In this document: positions 9,622 through 19,646 of the stretch, piece by piece
Numbering within the stretch: the stretch's first letter is position 1
Layout: each line of letters begins with the position of its first letter
From: Pirellulales bacterium
GTDB taxonomy: Bacteria > Planctomycetota > Planctomycetia > Pirellulales > Lacipirellulaceae
Direction of reading: 5' to 3'
NCBI GenBank assembly: GCA_022448345.1
Contig: JAKVCB010000006.1
Coordinates: forward strand, 11,083-75,082
DNA: 64,000 nucleotides
Position numbers and translations under genes: made by a program
The notes under the pieces: generated by a model
Told to the model about the DNA's origin: nothing
Database searches by the model: none
What the model saw: the letters and a program-made list of their open reading frames with translations, nothing else

Positions 9622-10931
9622 TGGCAACCTGGTTCCGGACAATTCGACTTAGTATCAAGAGCCTGTTGCTCCATCCCTTGCGATCTTCGCTTACGGTACT
9701 GGGAATTTTTATTGGGGTGTGCAGCGTAATCTGGCTGCTTGCCCTTGGAGAGGGTATCGGGACAGCAGCCCAGGAGCAGATTGCCAGCCTGGGTGCGCAA
9801 AACATTATCGTCCGTACGATTAAACCCTCGAGTGACGAATTTGAAGACGGTGGCTACGGTCTGACGCGAGCTGACTATGTGCGGTTGATTACCACCATCC
9901 CCACTATTGATGAAGCTCTGCCGATTCGAGAGGTGGGCCGAGAGTTTCGCAATCAAACCCGTTATTTTGAGGGTCGCCTGGTAGGGTGTTCTCCCGAATA
10001 TGCCACGGTGACGAGATTGGATCTTGATCGTGGACGGTTTCTTACCGGGGTAGATCTCAAGCAGGAACGCAATTTGTGTGTTTTGGCTGCCGAAAGCGCA
10101 CAGCGGCTCTTCCCTTTTGAGAATCCGCTGGGGGAATCCATTATGGTTGGCAGGAACTTTTACACCGTCGTGGGTGTGCTGAAGCCGCGGGCTCCGTCCG
10201 CTGGTATTGGGGGATCCTTCGCTGCTGAAGATTATTCCCTGGATGTTTATATTCCCATCACCACCATGTGGCGTCGCGATGGCGATATGGAAATTGTTAC
10301 CAAGCCTGGAACCTTTCAACGCGATTTGTTCGAACTCAGCCAGATTACGCTACGGGTGGATGACCGGGAAAACGTATTGGCAACGGCAGATGTGATACGA
10401 GATACGATTTCGGCTGATCACACCATGCGTGATTTTGGGATGACCGTTCCCTTGGAACTCCTGCAGCAGGCTCATACCACGCGTTTGATGTTCATTTTAT
10501 TTTTGGGACTGATTGCGGCGATTTCATTGGTGGTTGGAGGTATTGGGATCATGAACATCATGCTTGCGACGGTTACCGAGCGGACTCGGGAAATTGGTAT
10601 CCGACGCGCCTTGGGTGCCAAACGTCGTGACATTGTACGACAATTCGTGGTTGAAAGCGTGGTACTCTCGGTGGTGGGTGGCTTGTTTGGAATTCTCGGA
10701 GGCGTGTTCTGCCGACCGCTTTCAGTTGCCATTCGGGGGGAGCTTTACCGACAGTTCCCCAAGATGATGAACGATTTACCAGAGCTGATTCGCACGGTTG
10801 AGCCCATTCTCGTTTCCTGGTCCGTGCCACTGGCGTTTGCCATCTCCGTGGGAGTTGGGGTTGTCTTTGGGGTTTACCCGGCAATGCGCGCTGCGCAACT
10901 CGATCCGATTGAAGCGCTCCGCCACGAGTAG
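9618..10931 (+). CDS. ABC transporter permease, MacB/FtsX family with a periplasmic domain
   Basis: It overlaps the upstream stop codon (GTGATG). The layout is an N-terminal TM helix, a roughly 230-aa periplasmic domain and a C-terminal FtsX module (REIGIRRALGAKRRDIVRQFVVESVVLS). Confidence 0.85.
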   Translation: MMATWFRTIRLSIKSLLLHPLRSSLTVLGIFIGVCSVIWLLALGEGIGTAAQEQIASLGAQNIIVRTIKPSSDEFEDGGYGLTRADYVRLITTIPTIDEALPIREVGREFRNQTRYFEGRLVGCSPEYATVTRLDLDRGRFLTGVDLKQERNLCVLAAESAQRLFPFENPLGESIMVGRNFYTVVGVLKPRAPSAGIGGSFAAEDYSLDVYIPITTMWRRDGDMEIVTKPGTFQRDLFELSQITLRVDDRENVLATADVIRDTISADHTMRDFGMTVPLELLQQAHTTRLMFILFLGLIAAISLVVGGIGIMNIMLATVTERTREIGIRRALGAKRRDIVRQFVVESVVLSVVGGLFGILGGVFCRPLSVAIRGELYRQFPKMMNDLPELIRTVEPILVSWSVPLAFAISVGVGVVFGVYPAMRAAQLDPIEALRHE

Positions 10932-11077
10932 ATTTCCGGGAGAGCCGCATTTCCAAAACGAGGACAGGAGCCAGGGCAATTCCTTCTATGATAGGGGAGA
11001 TGCATTGTTTCCGGCCACAAACTACGGTGTTCAGCTATCAGATGCACGGGTTCTATTTTATGTCTGCGGTAGCAGCC

Positions 11078-11908
11078 TCAGAAAAAATAAACCCGTTTGG
11101 CAGTCTTGGAAAAAATCCATTCGCGGTCTTCAGGAGAAAGAAAATCAAGGTGGTCGCGGACCAGCGCGATAGAATCGGCATAGGTGTGCCCGGGAGCGAG
11201 TTGATAGGGGCAGTCGCTGGCCCACATCAGGCGTTGAGGACCATAGGCCTCGAAGACGCGTTTGATTAGCGGAGCAAGGTCGAGGTAGGGTGCTTGCTTG
11301 GCCCCCAATCCGTAAAAGGCGGAGACCTTCACGGATACCTGCTTCTGTTTAGCCAACTTGCAGAGTTCGTTAACGTCTTCATTGCGGATCGTGCCATCGG
11401 CACCTATGCGCGATAAATGGTCGATGACCACAGGGGTACCTGGAAATCTCTCGCACATATTGCTGACTGCTGGCAAGTCGTCCGGATTGATCAGGCAACA
11501 TATCGCCTGTCCGGTATCAGCGGCGACGCGCCACATTTCTTCCATGCCAGGTGTTTCAAGCCAGTTGGTGCGAGCAGGGAAGAAAGGGGTAATCCGAAAA
11601 CCGGTCACTCCTTGTGGAAGCATTTTGCGCATTAACTCGCCAGTTCCTTCGCGCCGATCGTCAATTCCGGCAACCACGCGAAAGACCTCTGGATAACGAC
11701 GAGTCGCATGCAGCACGTAGCTGTTGTCGACTCCATGGTAGGGTCCATGTTGAATCAACACGACTTTTGATACGCCCAAAGGTTGGGTGAGGGCAATCAA
11801 TTCGTCGTAGTTGAAACTGGGGGGATCCAGATCGTCCACGGTTTTTTCATTTGCCAACGGGAATTGCTCGACGTTGCGTGTCCAGATGTGGGAATGTGCG
11901 TCAATCAT
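11078..11908 (-). CDS. Amidohydrolase-2 family metal-dependent hydrolase (lactonase/decarboxylase-like)
   Basis: The N-terminal MIDAHSHIW is an HxH metal motif. The protein has TIM-barrel length (276 aa) and a C-terminal WASDCPY motif. Confidence 0.75.
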   Translation of the reverse strand: MIDAHSHIWTRNVEQFPLANEKTVDDLDPPSFNYDELIALTQPLGVSKVVLIQHGPYHGVDNSYVLHATRRYPEVFRVVAGIDDRREGTGELMRKMLPQGVTGFRITPFFPARTNWLETPGMEEMWRVAADTGQAICCLINPDDLPAVSNMCERFPGTPVVIDHLSRIGADGTIRNEDVNELCKLAKQKQVSVKVSAFYGLGAKQAPYLDLAPLIKRVFEAYGPQRLMWASDCPYQLAPGHTYADSIALVRDHLDFLSPEDREWIFSKTAKRVYFF

Positions 11909-12259
11909 GAGTAGATTGCCTTTGATAAGGGGATTTTTATGAAAGTTGTATCCGACACATACCAGGCGTGGTCATCATAACGTCCATGGAAGAAATTCTT
12001 CTTTACCGGAAATATTGCTCCATGTCATGTCGATCCATTCCTGTGGATATCCGTGTTCAAAGGGGACAACGTTGCTCAGGCGGTCGCGCAAAGTGCCAGG
12101 AAGATCCCAGTCACCACAGCTTCCAGGCTTGTTTCGATTTATTCGACCGTACGGGCTCCAACAACGATAGCGGTGATCCGGCGGTCGGCAAGGAGCCAGG
12201 CCTGGCTGCAGCGGTTGAACCCTGGGGGCGATCTTTTAAAAAGTCAGGATTCACGACGA

Positions 12260-13210
12260 TCACACAACCTGTGAGACGAGGGTTCCAATCGAGCTGATCG
12301 AGGCTTCGACTCGGTCGCCCGCTTTCAAATAGGTACCACTTGTGTTGCCAACGCCAGCCGGCGTACCCGTGGAGATGATGTCGCCCGGCTCGAGTGTGAC
12401 AAAGCTGGAGATAAATTCAATAACCGCTGCGACCGGGAACACCTGTTGCGCTGTTGATGCATCCTGGTGTACCTGCCCGTTGACCCGCAAGGTCAAGTCA
12501 AGCTGTTGGGGATTATCGATTGCGTTGGACGAAGTAATGCAAGGACCGCAAGGGCAAAAACTGTCGTGCCACTTGCCGTGCATCCAATCGAAGAATTTGT
12601 CTTTGGAGCGTTCTTTCCGGCCTGGATTTGGCCGAAACTTGCGATTTGAAATATCGTTGATGACGGTGTAGCCGGCAACGTAGGACAGGGCCTCTTGTTC
12701 TGAAACGCCTTTCGCCTCCCGCCCTATAATCACGGCAAGCTCCAGTTCCCAGTCGATGTGGTCGGGCGAAATTTTTGGAATGTGTACCGAGCACCCAGGG
12801 TTGGTGAGTGCGGTGGTTGGTGGCTTCATGAAAACGTAGGGAAATGTCTCCGCCCGTTCGACGGCGGTTCCACCTCCTTCTTCGATATGGCTGGCATAAT
12901 TGCCGGCAAGGAGCATGAGTTTGTTAGGGCGGGCAATGGGTACAAGCAGTTCGACATCATCGTGGTGTAGTGCCACCCCGGCAGGAAGCTCGGCCTGGCT
13001 TTGTAACCAGTCAGCTACTTTGGACGCATTCGCAAAAGCCGTTCCGTCAGGTGGAAGTAGTTCTAAAAGGTTGTCGGTGTCAGGCAATTCCACCGAGTCG
13101 CCCGAGGCAGATGAGTAAGCAGCAGCTGCGGCAACGGTGGGAACAATGGTTTCGGCATTGTAAAAGCCAGCTGCAATTTGATCACGATGACGATATCGGC
13201 AAACTTGCAT
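12260..13210 (-). CDS. Fumarylacetoacetate hydrolase (FAH) family protein
   Basis: Motifs FMKPPT, ELELAVIIG, GYTVINDISNR and PGDIISTGTPAGVG. Confidence 0.85.
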   Translation of the reverse strand: MQVCRYRHRDQIAAGFYNAETIVPTVAAAAAYSSASGDSVELPDTDNLLELLPPDGTAFANASKVADWLQSQAELPAGVALHHDDVELLVPIARPNKLMLLAGNYASHIEEGGGTAVERAETFPYVFMKPPTTALTNPGCSVHIPKISPDHIDWELELAVIIGREAKGVSEQEALSYVAGYTVINDISNRKFRPNPGRKERSKDKFFDWMHGKWHDSFCPCGPCITSSNAIDNPQQLDLTLRVNGQVHQDASTAQQVFPVAAVIEFISSFVTLEPGDIISTGTPAGVGNTSGTYLKAGDRVEASISSIGTLVSQVV

Positions 13211-13287
13211 GATGAATTATCCTGGGAGGGTGTGCTTTGGGTTCGTGGTAGGGGTACTTCTTGCGTGGATTGTCAGGCCGGGCGATT

Positions 13288-14250
13288 TCAGTCAAAGACT
13301 TCGGGGTTGACCACAAAACGAGGTCGTTCGCCACGCAAAATCGCAGCCATGTCGGTTGCCATCGAGTGAAAAATCTTGTTGAGAGAACCTTGTGTGGCTG
13401 CCAGCGCATGAGGCGCAGTCAGGCAATTGGGATGCTTGAAAACCGGATGGGGTTCGGCCGGTTCTGGTGCGAACACGTCCAGCCCCACACCTGCGAGCCG
13501 ACCATCCTCAAGTGCTTCCTGCAAAATATCGAGGTTTTCGATGAGTTCCCCGCGGGCCAGGTTAATCAAATAGGCACCCCTTTTGATATTTTTCAAGGCG
13601 GCACGATGGATCATCCCTCGATTCTCCTCGGTGGATGCTGCATGCAGGCAGACAAAGTCCGAACGACTCAAAAGGTCGTTAAGGTCCAGTAGGGTAACCC
13701 CCAGTTCCTGGGCCGTTTCGACAGGAACAAAAGGATCATGGGCCACGATTTGCATGTCAAAAGGTGCAGCAAGGCGGGCCAGGTCCTGGCCGATTCGGCC
13801 AAATCCTACAATCCCCAGCGTGGCGCCTTCCAGGTCCGCCCCACGCGTCTCAAAGCGACTCCCCCAGTTTCCTTGCTTGAATTGCTGGTCCCAATAAAAG
13901 ATCCGTTTGGCAAGGGCCAGTATCCAGGCCATTGAGGCCTCGGCAACTGCCCGTGCCCCGGCACCCGGGGTAAAAACGACAGGGATTTTTCGGGCTGTGG
14001 CCGCCTCGACGGCCACGTTGTTGTAGCCCACCCCACTGCGGGCGATGACTTTAAGTGTGGGAGCGGCTTCAATGACCGGCGTGGTCAAAAGACCCTCTCC
14101 CCGCAAGATCACTCCAACAGCATCTTTGAGCAAAACAGCGAGTTCTTCCTGTGACGGGTTGCTGGTGACCACGACTTCGGCCAGCGGCTGGAGAATATCA
14201 ATCGCGAGGGGTTCAACGGGTCCGGTGGAGATGATTTTTGGCAGGGTCAT
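13288..14250 (-). CDS. D-isomer-specific 2-hydroxyacid dehydrogenase (NAD-binding)
   Basis: Motifs GIVGFGRIGQDLARL (GxGxxG), NLARGELI, GLDVF and TAPHALA. The ATG at 14250 (MTLPKIISTG) is preferred over the upstream start at 14319. Confidence 0.85.
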   Translation of the reverse strand: MTLPKIISTGPVEPLAIDILQPLAEVVVTSNPSQEELAVLLKDAVGVILRGEGLLTTPVIEAAPTLKVIARSGVGYNNVAVEAATARKIPVVFTPGAGARAVAEASMAWILALAKRIFYWDQQFKQGNWGSRFETRGADLEGATLGIVGFGRIGQDLARLAAPFDMQIVAHDPFVPVETAQELGVTLLDLNDLLSRSDFVCLHAASTEENRGMIHRAALKNIKRGAYLINLARGELIENLDILQEALEDGRLAGVGLDVFAPEPAEPHPVFKHPNCLTAPHALAATQGSLNKIFHSMATDMAAILRGERPRFVVNPEVFD

Positions 14251-14400
14251 AGAGGTTTGGGTGCTCAATCTGGGAGAGGATCGAAGGGAGCCGTCCAGGT
14301 TAGCATTTTTAGTACGCACTGGGGACCGGCTGCTACCGGTTTTTTGGCGAGAAGTTCACCGGATGGGTGTTGCTCAGGGTTGGCTGAAAAACCGGGCCAA

Positions 14401-15702
14401 CTAGGCAAACGGGTTATATTGTCCCGGCACGGGTACTGCGTATTTTCCATCGGGTCCGGGGATCGAGGGTGGGGCCGAATCCATGGTGTACGCATCGATT
14501 CCCGGAGTCAGGTCTTTCCCCCTGGCCAGCAGATCGTCCCAGCGGATCACCTGGCCGGAATAACACGCTTCGCGACCAAGAATAGCTGCGAATGTCGATT
14601 TTGCACCGTACTCCCCTTCATTGTAGATTTTGCCAGCCATGAGCGATTCGATCAAATCGTGCTGCTCTTGCTGATGACCGTTGAGTCGCTCACCTTGAAA
14701 GTTCCAGTTTTGTTTACCTTTGATCGATCCGCTCACATCCGCGGTTCCCTCGGTGCCATCGGCAAATTCGCTGACCGTGGTCCAGGCGTCCTGGAGATGG
14801 CGTCCCTGGCTGAACAGCTTGGTGCCATCGGCAAAAGTATACTCACAAAACGTGTGATCAAAGATTTGTGATTTTGTGCGATCACCCCGCAGTCGCTGAT
14901 CGCGCCCACCCATGCCATTGCATTCGACCGGGTAGTCTCCCTTCACCCAACAGGCAACATCAAGATTGTGAATATGTTGTTCACAGATTTGATCGCCACA
15001 GATCCAAATAAAGTGATACCAGTTATTGACCTGAAACGCCATTTCTGACTGGTCAGGTTCGCGGTTGCGATACCAAATGCCGCCACCATTCCAATAGACA
15101 CGTTGCGTGATGACATCGCCAATCGCTCCGTCCTGGATTCGTTTTACCGTCTCGATGTATTCGGGTTGGTGATGGCGTTGAAGACCAACGGCCACCAGTA
15201 GGTTTTTTTGTTTCGATTTTTCGACCGATTCGAGGACCCGACGAACGCCTGGAGCGTCGGTAGCAAGCGGTTTTTCTATGAAGATGTGACGCCCCTTGTT
15301 CACCGCGTACTCAAATTGTTGTGGTTTGAATCCAGGTGGGGTGGCAATCACGACCAGGTCGGAGTCGACATCAATCGCTTTTTTGTAGGCATCGAGCCCA
15401 TGAAAAACGCGATCTTCGGGAACGTCCATTTTGCTGGCACCACGTCGTTTTAACTTTTCGACCGCACTGGCTGCTTTCTTGGGAAAAGCATCTGCAACCG
15501 CAACCAGTTTTACGTTCCCCTTTGTCTCCATGATTTGTGCTGCAGCGCTGGTGCCACGCCCACCACAGCCAATCAGCACAAAGCGAATTTCGTCGTTGCC
15601 GCCAGCATGGGCGTTCTTTGCAACCGAACTACTCAAGGCGGTACCGACCAGCGCGGCAGAAGAAGTTTTTATAAAAGAACGACGCGTCGAATTGTTGGAC
15701 AT
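14401..15702 (-). CDS. Gfo/Idh/MocA family oxidoreductase with a twin-arginine (TAT) signal
   Basis: MSNNSTRRSFIKTSSAALVG is a TAT leader, followed by the Rossmann segment FVLIGCGGRGTSAA and EKPLA. The start is taken at the ATG at 15702. Confidence 0.85.
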   Translation of the reverse strand: MSNNSTRRSFIKTSSAALVGTALSSSVAKNAHAGGNDEIRFVLIGCGGRGTSAAAQIMETKGNVKLVAVADAFPKKAASAVEKLKRRGASKMDVPEDRVFHGLDAYKKAIDVDSDLVVIATPPGFKPQQFEYAVNKGRHIFIEKPLATDAPGVRRVLESVEKSKQKNLLVAVGLQRHHQPEYIETVKRIQDGAIGDVITQRVYWNGGGIWYRNREPDQSEMAFQVNNWYHFIWICGDQICEQHIHNLDVACWVKGDYPVECNGMGGRDQRLRGDRTKSQIFDHTFCEYTFADGTKLFSQGRHLQDAWTTVSEFADGTEGTADVSGSIKGKQNWNFQGERLNGHQQEQHDLIESLMAGKIYNEGEYGAKSTFAAILGREACYSGQVIRWDDLLARGKDLTPGIDAYTMDSAPPSIPGPDGKYAVPVPGQYNPFA

Positions 15703-16166
15703 CCTAAAAAACTCTCTTGATAAGACAACTGTTTTCAGATTTGATTGAATCGGTGTATTCCGCTTGTGCATGATAACAGGGTGTTTATTAGTTTTGCAAT
15801 CTTTGCAGGTGTCGTGCCCCAAATTGTGCTGTCAAAATCTGGGAACGTCGTGAAGGACTACGCCTTTTCTACCGTATCTTCCCCCATGTTTAAGGGGTGG
15901 CGTGTTGAGAGCACTTAAGGCTGGATGGTTGCCTGGCATGATGAGATATAATCACTGGCCTAATGAGCATGGCTGCCCGGCGACAGGCGTGGGTATGGAG
16001 AGCATTTCTACAAAAATATCAATGGCATATCGGAAACTACCCACAAGTTCATTTTCCTTGATTCCAGAGACGTTTATGATAACGTGAAATCAGAACTGGG
16101 ATGCAATCTGCTAATAGCTCTTGTGACTGGACGAAACGAACCCGTCATTTTGTTGGACGAACAATT

Positions 16167-17828
16167 ATGCGATTTATTTGTTGGGTTTCCGCATTCAGCA
16201 TCGTGTGGACTTTCGCGATTGTGGAATGGATATCTGCGGTTGAGTCTCAACAGACGGACGGACAATTTGTACTGCATCTTCGCGAACAAGTCGCGACGAC
16301 TGCTGGAGAGCAGGCCACCAAACCCTCGTTTCGCACAGAACGATGGAACCCGGACCGAACGGCAGTCATTGTGTGTGACATGTGGGATTCTCACCACTGT
16401 TACAACGCGGTTCAGCGCGTCAAAGACATGGCTGGCCGGGTGAGTAAGGTACTCAAAACGATGCGCGACGCTGGTGCCCTGGTCATTCACTGCCCTAGTA
16501 GTTGTATGCAGGCTTATGAGGGCCATCCGGCGCGCCTCCGCGCGCAGCGGGCCCCACCGGCCAAGAATCTCCCAAAGGGAATCGACCAGTGGTGTGTGCA
16601 GATTCCCAGTGAAGAGGAAAGTCAATATCCGATCGACCAGTCGGACGGTGGCGAAGATGATGATTTGGAAGTTCATCAGAAATGGCACGAGCAACTTGTA
16701 GCCGACGGAAAGAATGTCTCATCTCCATGGACCCGGCAATGCGATCTGTTGGAGATTAGCGATGAAGACGCAATTACCGACAGCGGCAGGGAGGTCTGGA
16801 ACCTGCTGGAGGAACGGGGAATTGAAAACGTTATTTTGTTGGGTGTTCACACGAATATGTGTGTACTTGGGCGTCCCTTTGGCCTCCGGCAGATGGCCAA
16901 AAACGGGAAAAACGTCGTCCTGATTCGCGACTTGACCGACACTATGTACAACCCAGCCATGCCGCCTTATGTCGACCATCACACGGGGACCGATTTCATT
17001 ATTGAGTACATTGAGAAATACGTGTGCCCTACCGTTGCGAGCAGCGATCTTGTCGGGGGAAAGCCACACCGGTTTTTTGATGACAAACGGCCGACGCTGG
17101 CGATTGTCGTTTCGGAGTTTGAATATGAGACGTTCCAAACACTGCCGGAATTTTCCCGGCAGCATCTGGGCAAGAATTTTCGGGTTGTCTATGCCATCAA
17201 TGATGATCGGGATTCCCACGAGCTTCCAGGAATTGAAATACTCAAGGATGCCGACGTGGCAATTATGAGCATTTGGCGAAGGAGTTTACCGCCCGAACAG
17301 CTACAAGTAGTCCGTGACTACATAGAGGCGAAAAAGCCACTCGTGGCGATACGGACAACCAGCCACGCCTTTGCCACGCGCAACCATTCAACCCCCGCCG
17401 GGCGAGCAACCTGGCAACGGTTTGACCGTGATGTGTTGCAGGGTAATTATCAGGGGCATCACGGCAATCACGCGGATCAAGGAGACTCTGCAACGGTTGT
17501 CTGGATTCCCTCAAGTGCCACCGATCATCTTCTTGTAGCGGGGATCTCCCCGGGCGAATTCACCGTCGGTTCCTGGCTTTACAAGATGAGCCCCCTGGGA
17601 GATCTTGCGACACCGGTCCTGATGGGACGAGTGGGAAACAGTGCCCACGAGCCGGTGGCGTGGTCTCTGGACAGTGAGGACGGCCACCGAGTCTTTTACA
17701 CATCGTTGGGATCCCAGGATGATTTTAGAAGTTCGGAGTTTGTTTGCTTACTTCGCAACGCGATCTATTGGGCAGCCGGGGTGCCAGAACTCGTGAAACC
17801 GGTTGCAACCACAGCAGAAAAAGAATAA
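16167..17828 (+). CDS. Secreted fusion protein: isochorismatase-like cysteine hydrolase domain plus ThuA-like domain
   Basis: Signal-like MRFICWVSAFSIVWTFAIVEW. Isochorismatase pattern: TAVIVCDMWD ... VILLGVHTNMCV. ThuA-like C-terminal half: LAIVVSEFEYE ... HRVFYTSLGSQDDF ... LLRNAIYWAAG. Confidence 0.6.
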   Translation: MRFICWVSAFSIVWTFAIVEWISAVESQQTDGQFVLHLREQVATTAGEQATKPSFRTERWNPDRTAVIVCDMWDSHHCYNAVQRVKDMAGRVSKVLKTMRDAGALVIHCPSSCMQAYEGHPARLRAQRAPPAKNLPKGIDQWCVQIPSEEESQYPIDQSDGGEDDDLEVHQKWHEQLVADGKNVSSPWTRQCDLLEISDEDAITDSGREVWNLLEERGIENVILLGVHTNMCVLGRPFGLRQMAKNGKNVVLIRDLTDTMYNPAMPPYVDHHTGTDFIIEYIEKYVCPTVASSDLVGGKPHRFFDDKRPTLAIVVSEFEYETFQTLPEFSRQHLGKNFRVVYAINDDRDSHELPGIEILKDADVAIMSIWRRSLPPEQLQVVRDYIEAKKPLVAIRTTSHAFATRNHSTPAGRATWQRFDRDVLQGNYQGHHGNHADQGDSATVVWIPSSATDHLLVAGISPGEFTVGSWLYKMSPLGDLATPVLMGRVGNSAHEPVAWSLDSEDGHRVFYTSLGSQDDFRSSEFVCLLRNAIYWAAGVPELVKPVATTAEKE

Positions 17829-17948
17829 ACGGTTTTCGAGAGCCGTCACTTTTGTGCCACTCTACTTGATCCCAAAGAATTTCCGTTTGATAATAGGAAC
17901 GCTGCAGTCCACCTACATTATCATTCATTTACCAGTAAGAGAACTCGC

Positions 17949-18788
17949 ATGGCAGACAAGCCACTTACGGACCCACAGCTACAGCAGTATTACGAAGATG
18001 GTTACCTGCTGGTCAGGCAACTGTTTGATTCCGAAGAGATTGGCATGTTGGGCCGAGTTGCCAGGGAAGATCGTATTCTCGATGAAAATGCTGCGGATCG
18101 GCAGGATGGAGAGGGCGGGAGTGTCCGGCTTTCGCTCTGGAATCATCCCGGCGATGAGATTTATGGCATGTTTGCCCGGTGCGAACGGGTAACCAATACG
18201 GCCGAACAAATTCTGAATGACGAAGCGTATCACTACCACTCCAAAATGATCATGAAAGATGCCAAGGTTGGGGGGGCGTGGACCTGGCATCAAGATTATG
18301 GCTATTGGTATCAGAATGGAGTGCTCACGCCGAACCTGGTCAGTGTTTCTATCGCAGTCGATGCAGCCACAAAAGAGAACGGCTGCCTGCAGGTCATCAA
18401 GCGATCGCATCATTGTGGTCGAGTCGATCACACTTTGAAAGGTGATCAGGCGGGTGCCGATATGGAACGCGTTGAGGAGATTTTGAAACGTAACGAATTA
18501 GTCCACGTAGAAATGGATCCTGGTGATACGCTCTTCTTTCACCCGAATTTGCTCCACCGGAGCGACCAAAACCTTTCGGAGCATGCCCGCTGGTCGATGA
18601 TATGTTGCTACAACGCCAGGTCGAACGATCCCTATAAAGACTCGCATCATCCGCGCTATACTCCACTCAAAAAAGTTTCCGACGATGCCATCAAGGCAGT
18701 CGGGATGAAACAGTGTGATCCAGATCGGGCCAATGCCGGATGGCTGAATCCGGAAACCGATTCTAGCGCTACTTCTCTGAAGTCATAA
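17949..18788 (+). CDS. Phytanoyl-CoA dioxygenase (PhyH) family Fe(II)/2-oxoglutarate oxygenase
   Basis: WHQDYGYW (HxD iron motif), FFHPNLLHRS (distal His), and LQQYYEDGYLLVRQLF at the N-terminus. Confidence 0.8.
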   Translation: MADKPLTDPQLQQYYEDGYLLVRQLFDSEEIGMLGRVAREDRILDENAADRQDGEGGSVRLSLWNHPGDEIYGMFARCERVTNTAEQILNDEAYHYHSKMIMKDAKVGGAWTWHQDYGYWYQNGVLTPNLVSVSIAVDAATKENGCLQVIKRSHHCGRVDHTLKGDQAGADMERVEEILKRNELVHVEMDPGDTLFFHPNLLHRSDQNLSEHARWSMICCYNARSNDPYKDSHHPRYTPLKKVSDDAIKAVGMKQCDPDRANAGWLNPETDSSATSLKS

Positions 18789-18850
18789 CTCGAAGACCGG
18801 TCGACAGGGCAGCAAAACGAAAGCAACCGCCGCCATTCAATTTTCGGCTG

Positions 18851-19630
18851 CTAAGTTGTGATGGGTTGGGAAACAGCACAACAGGTCAAGCCACCATCGA
18901 CCGGTAAGATTGCGCCGGTAATCCAGTTGGAATCAGGCGAACATAGAAAAAGGGCAGCCTTGGCAACGTCCGAAACCTGCCCCAATCGCCCCATCGGGAT
19001 CCGCTCGATTTGAAAATCGCGGTACGCTTCGGTGGTACATTCCATCACCAGGGGAGTGGCGATGGTGGCAGGGCAGATGCAATTGACGTTGATCTGGTAC
19101 TTGGCAAGGTCGACCGCATATGTTCGGGTCATCCCGACCAATCCGTGTTTTGCTGAGCCGTAGGCAGCCATGTGAGGTTGTGCCAGAATTCCCGAACCAG
19201 AGGCAATGTTAATGATTTTTCCACTACGTTTTTTAATAAGTGTCGGGAGTACGGCCTGGCTCATGTGCCAGGGCCCGTCGAGATTTAGCGCGCGGATGGC
19301 TTCCCAATCTTCGGTCGTGTATTCTTCGACCGGCTTTAACTGATTCCAGCCGGCACAATTGATCAAAATATCGATAGTTTGGTAGTGGTTTAAAACCTGT
19401 TCGACAGCTGCGGTGACCGAAGCGGGATCTGTCACATCGGTTTCCACCGCCATGGCACTCCCACCGTTTTTGGTAATTTCGGCACAGATCAGGTCAGCCC
19501 CTGCCGGGTTCACATCGGCAATCACGATTTGAGCACCTTGCCGGGAAAATTCCTGGCAAATCCCTGCCCCGAGACCCGACGCGCCACCGGTAACGATAGC
19601 AACCTTATTTTCTAATTTGCTTTCACTCAT
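18851..19630 (-). CDS. SDR family oxidoreductase
   Basis: VAIVTGGASGLGAG (TGxxxGxG), NCAG, and YGSAKHG (YxxxK). The start is at the ATG at 19630 (MSESKLENK). Confidence 0.85.
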   Translation of the reverse strand: MSESKLENKVAIVTGGASGLGAGICQEFSRQGAQIVIADVNPAGADLICAEITKNGGSAMAVETDVTDPASVTAAVEQVLNHYQTIDILINCAGWNQLKPVEEYTTEDWEAIRALNLDGPWHMSQAVLPTLIKKRSGKIINIASGSGILAQPHMAAYGSAKHGLVGMTRTYAVDLAKYQINVNCICPATIATPLVMECTTEAYRDFQIERIPMGRLGQVSDVAKAALFLCSPDSNWITGAILPVDGGLTCCAVSQPITT

Positions 19631-19646
19631 ATGGGGGACACCTTTT

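Noticed and set aside
9270-10319. 349-aa ORF on the minus strand across the ABC ATPase/permease junction
   Set aside because: It is antisense to genes with clear Walker A/B, signature and FtsX motifs. Its translation is Arg/Ser/Pro-rich with no recognisable motif, so it is a typical shadow ORF.
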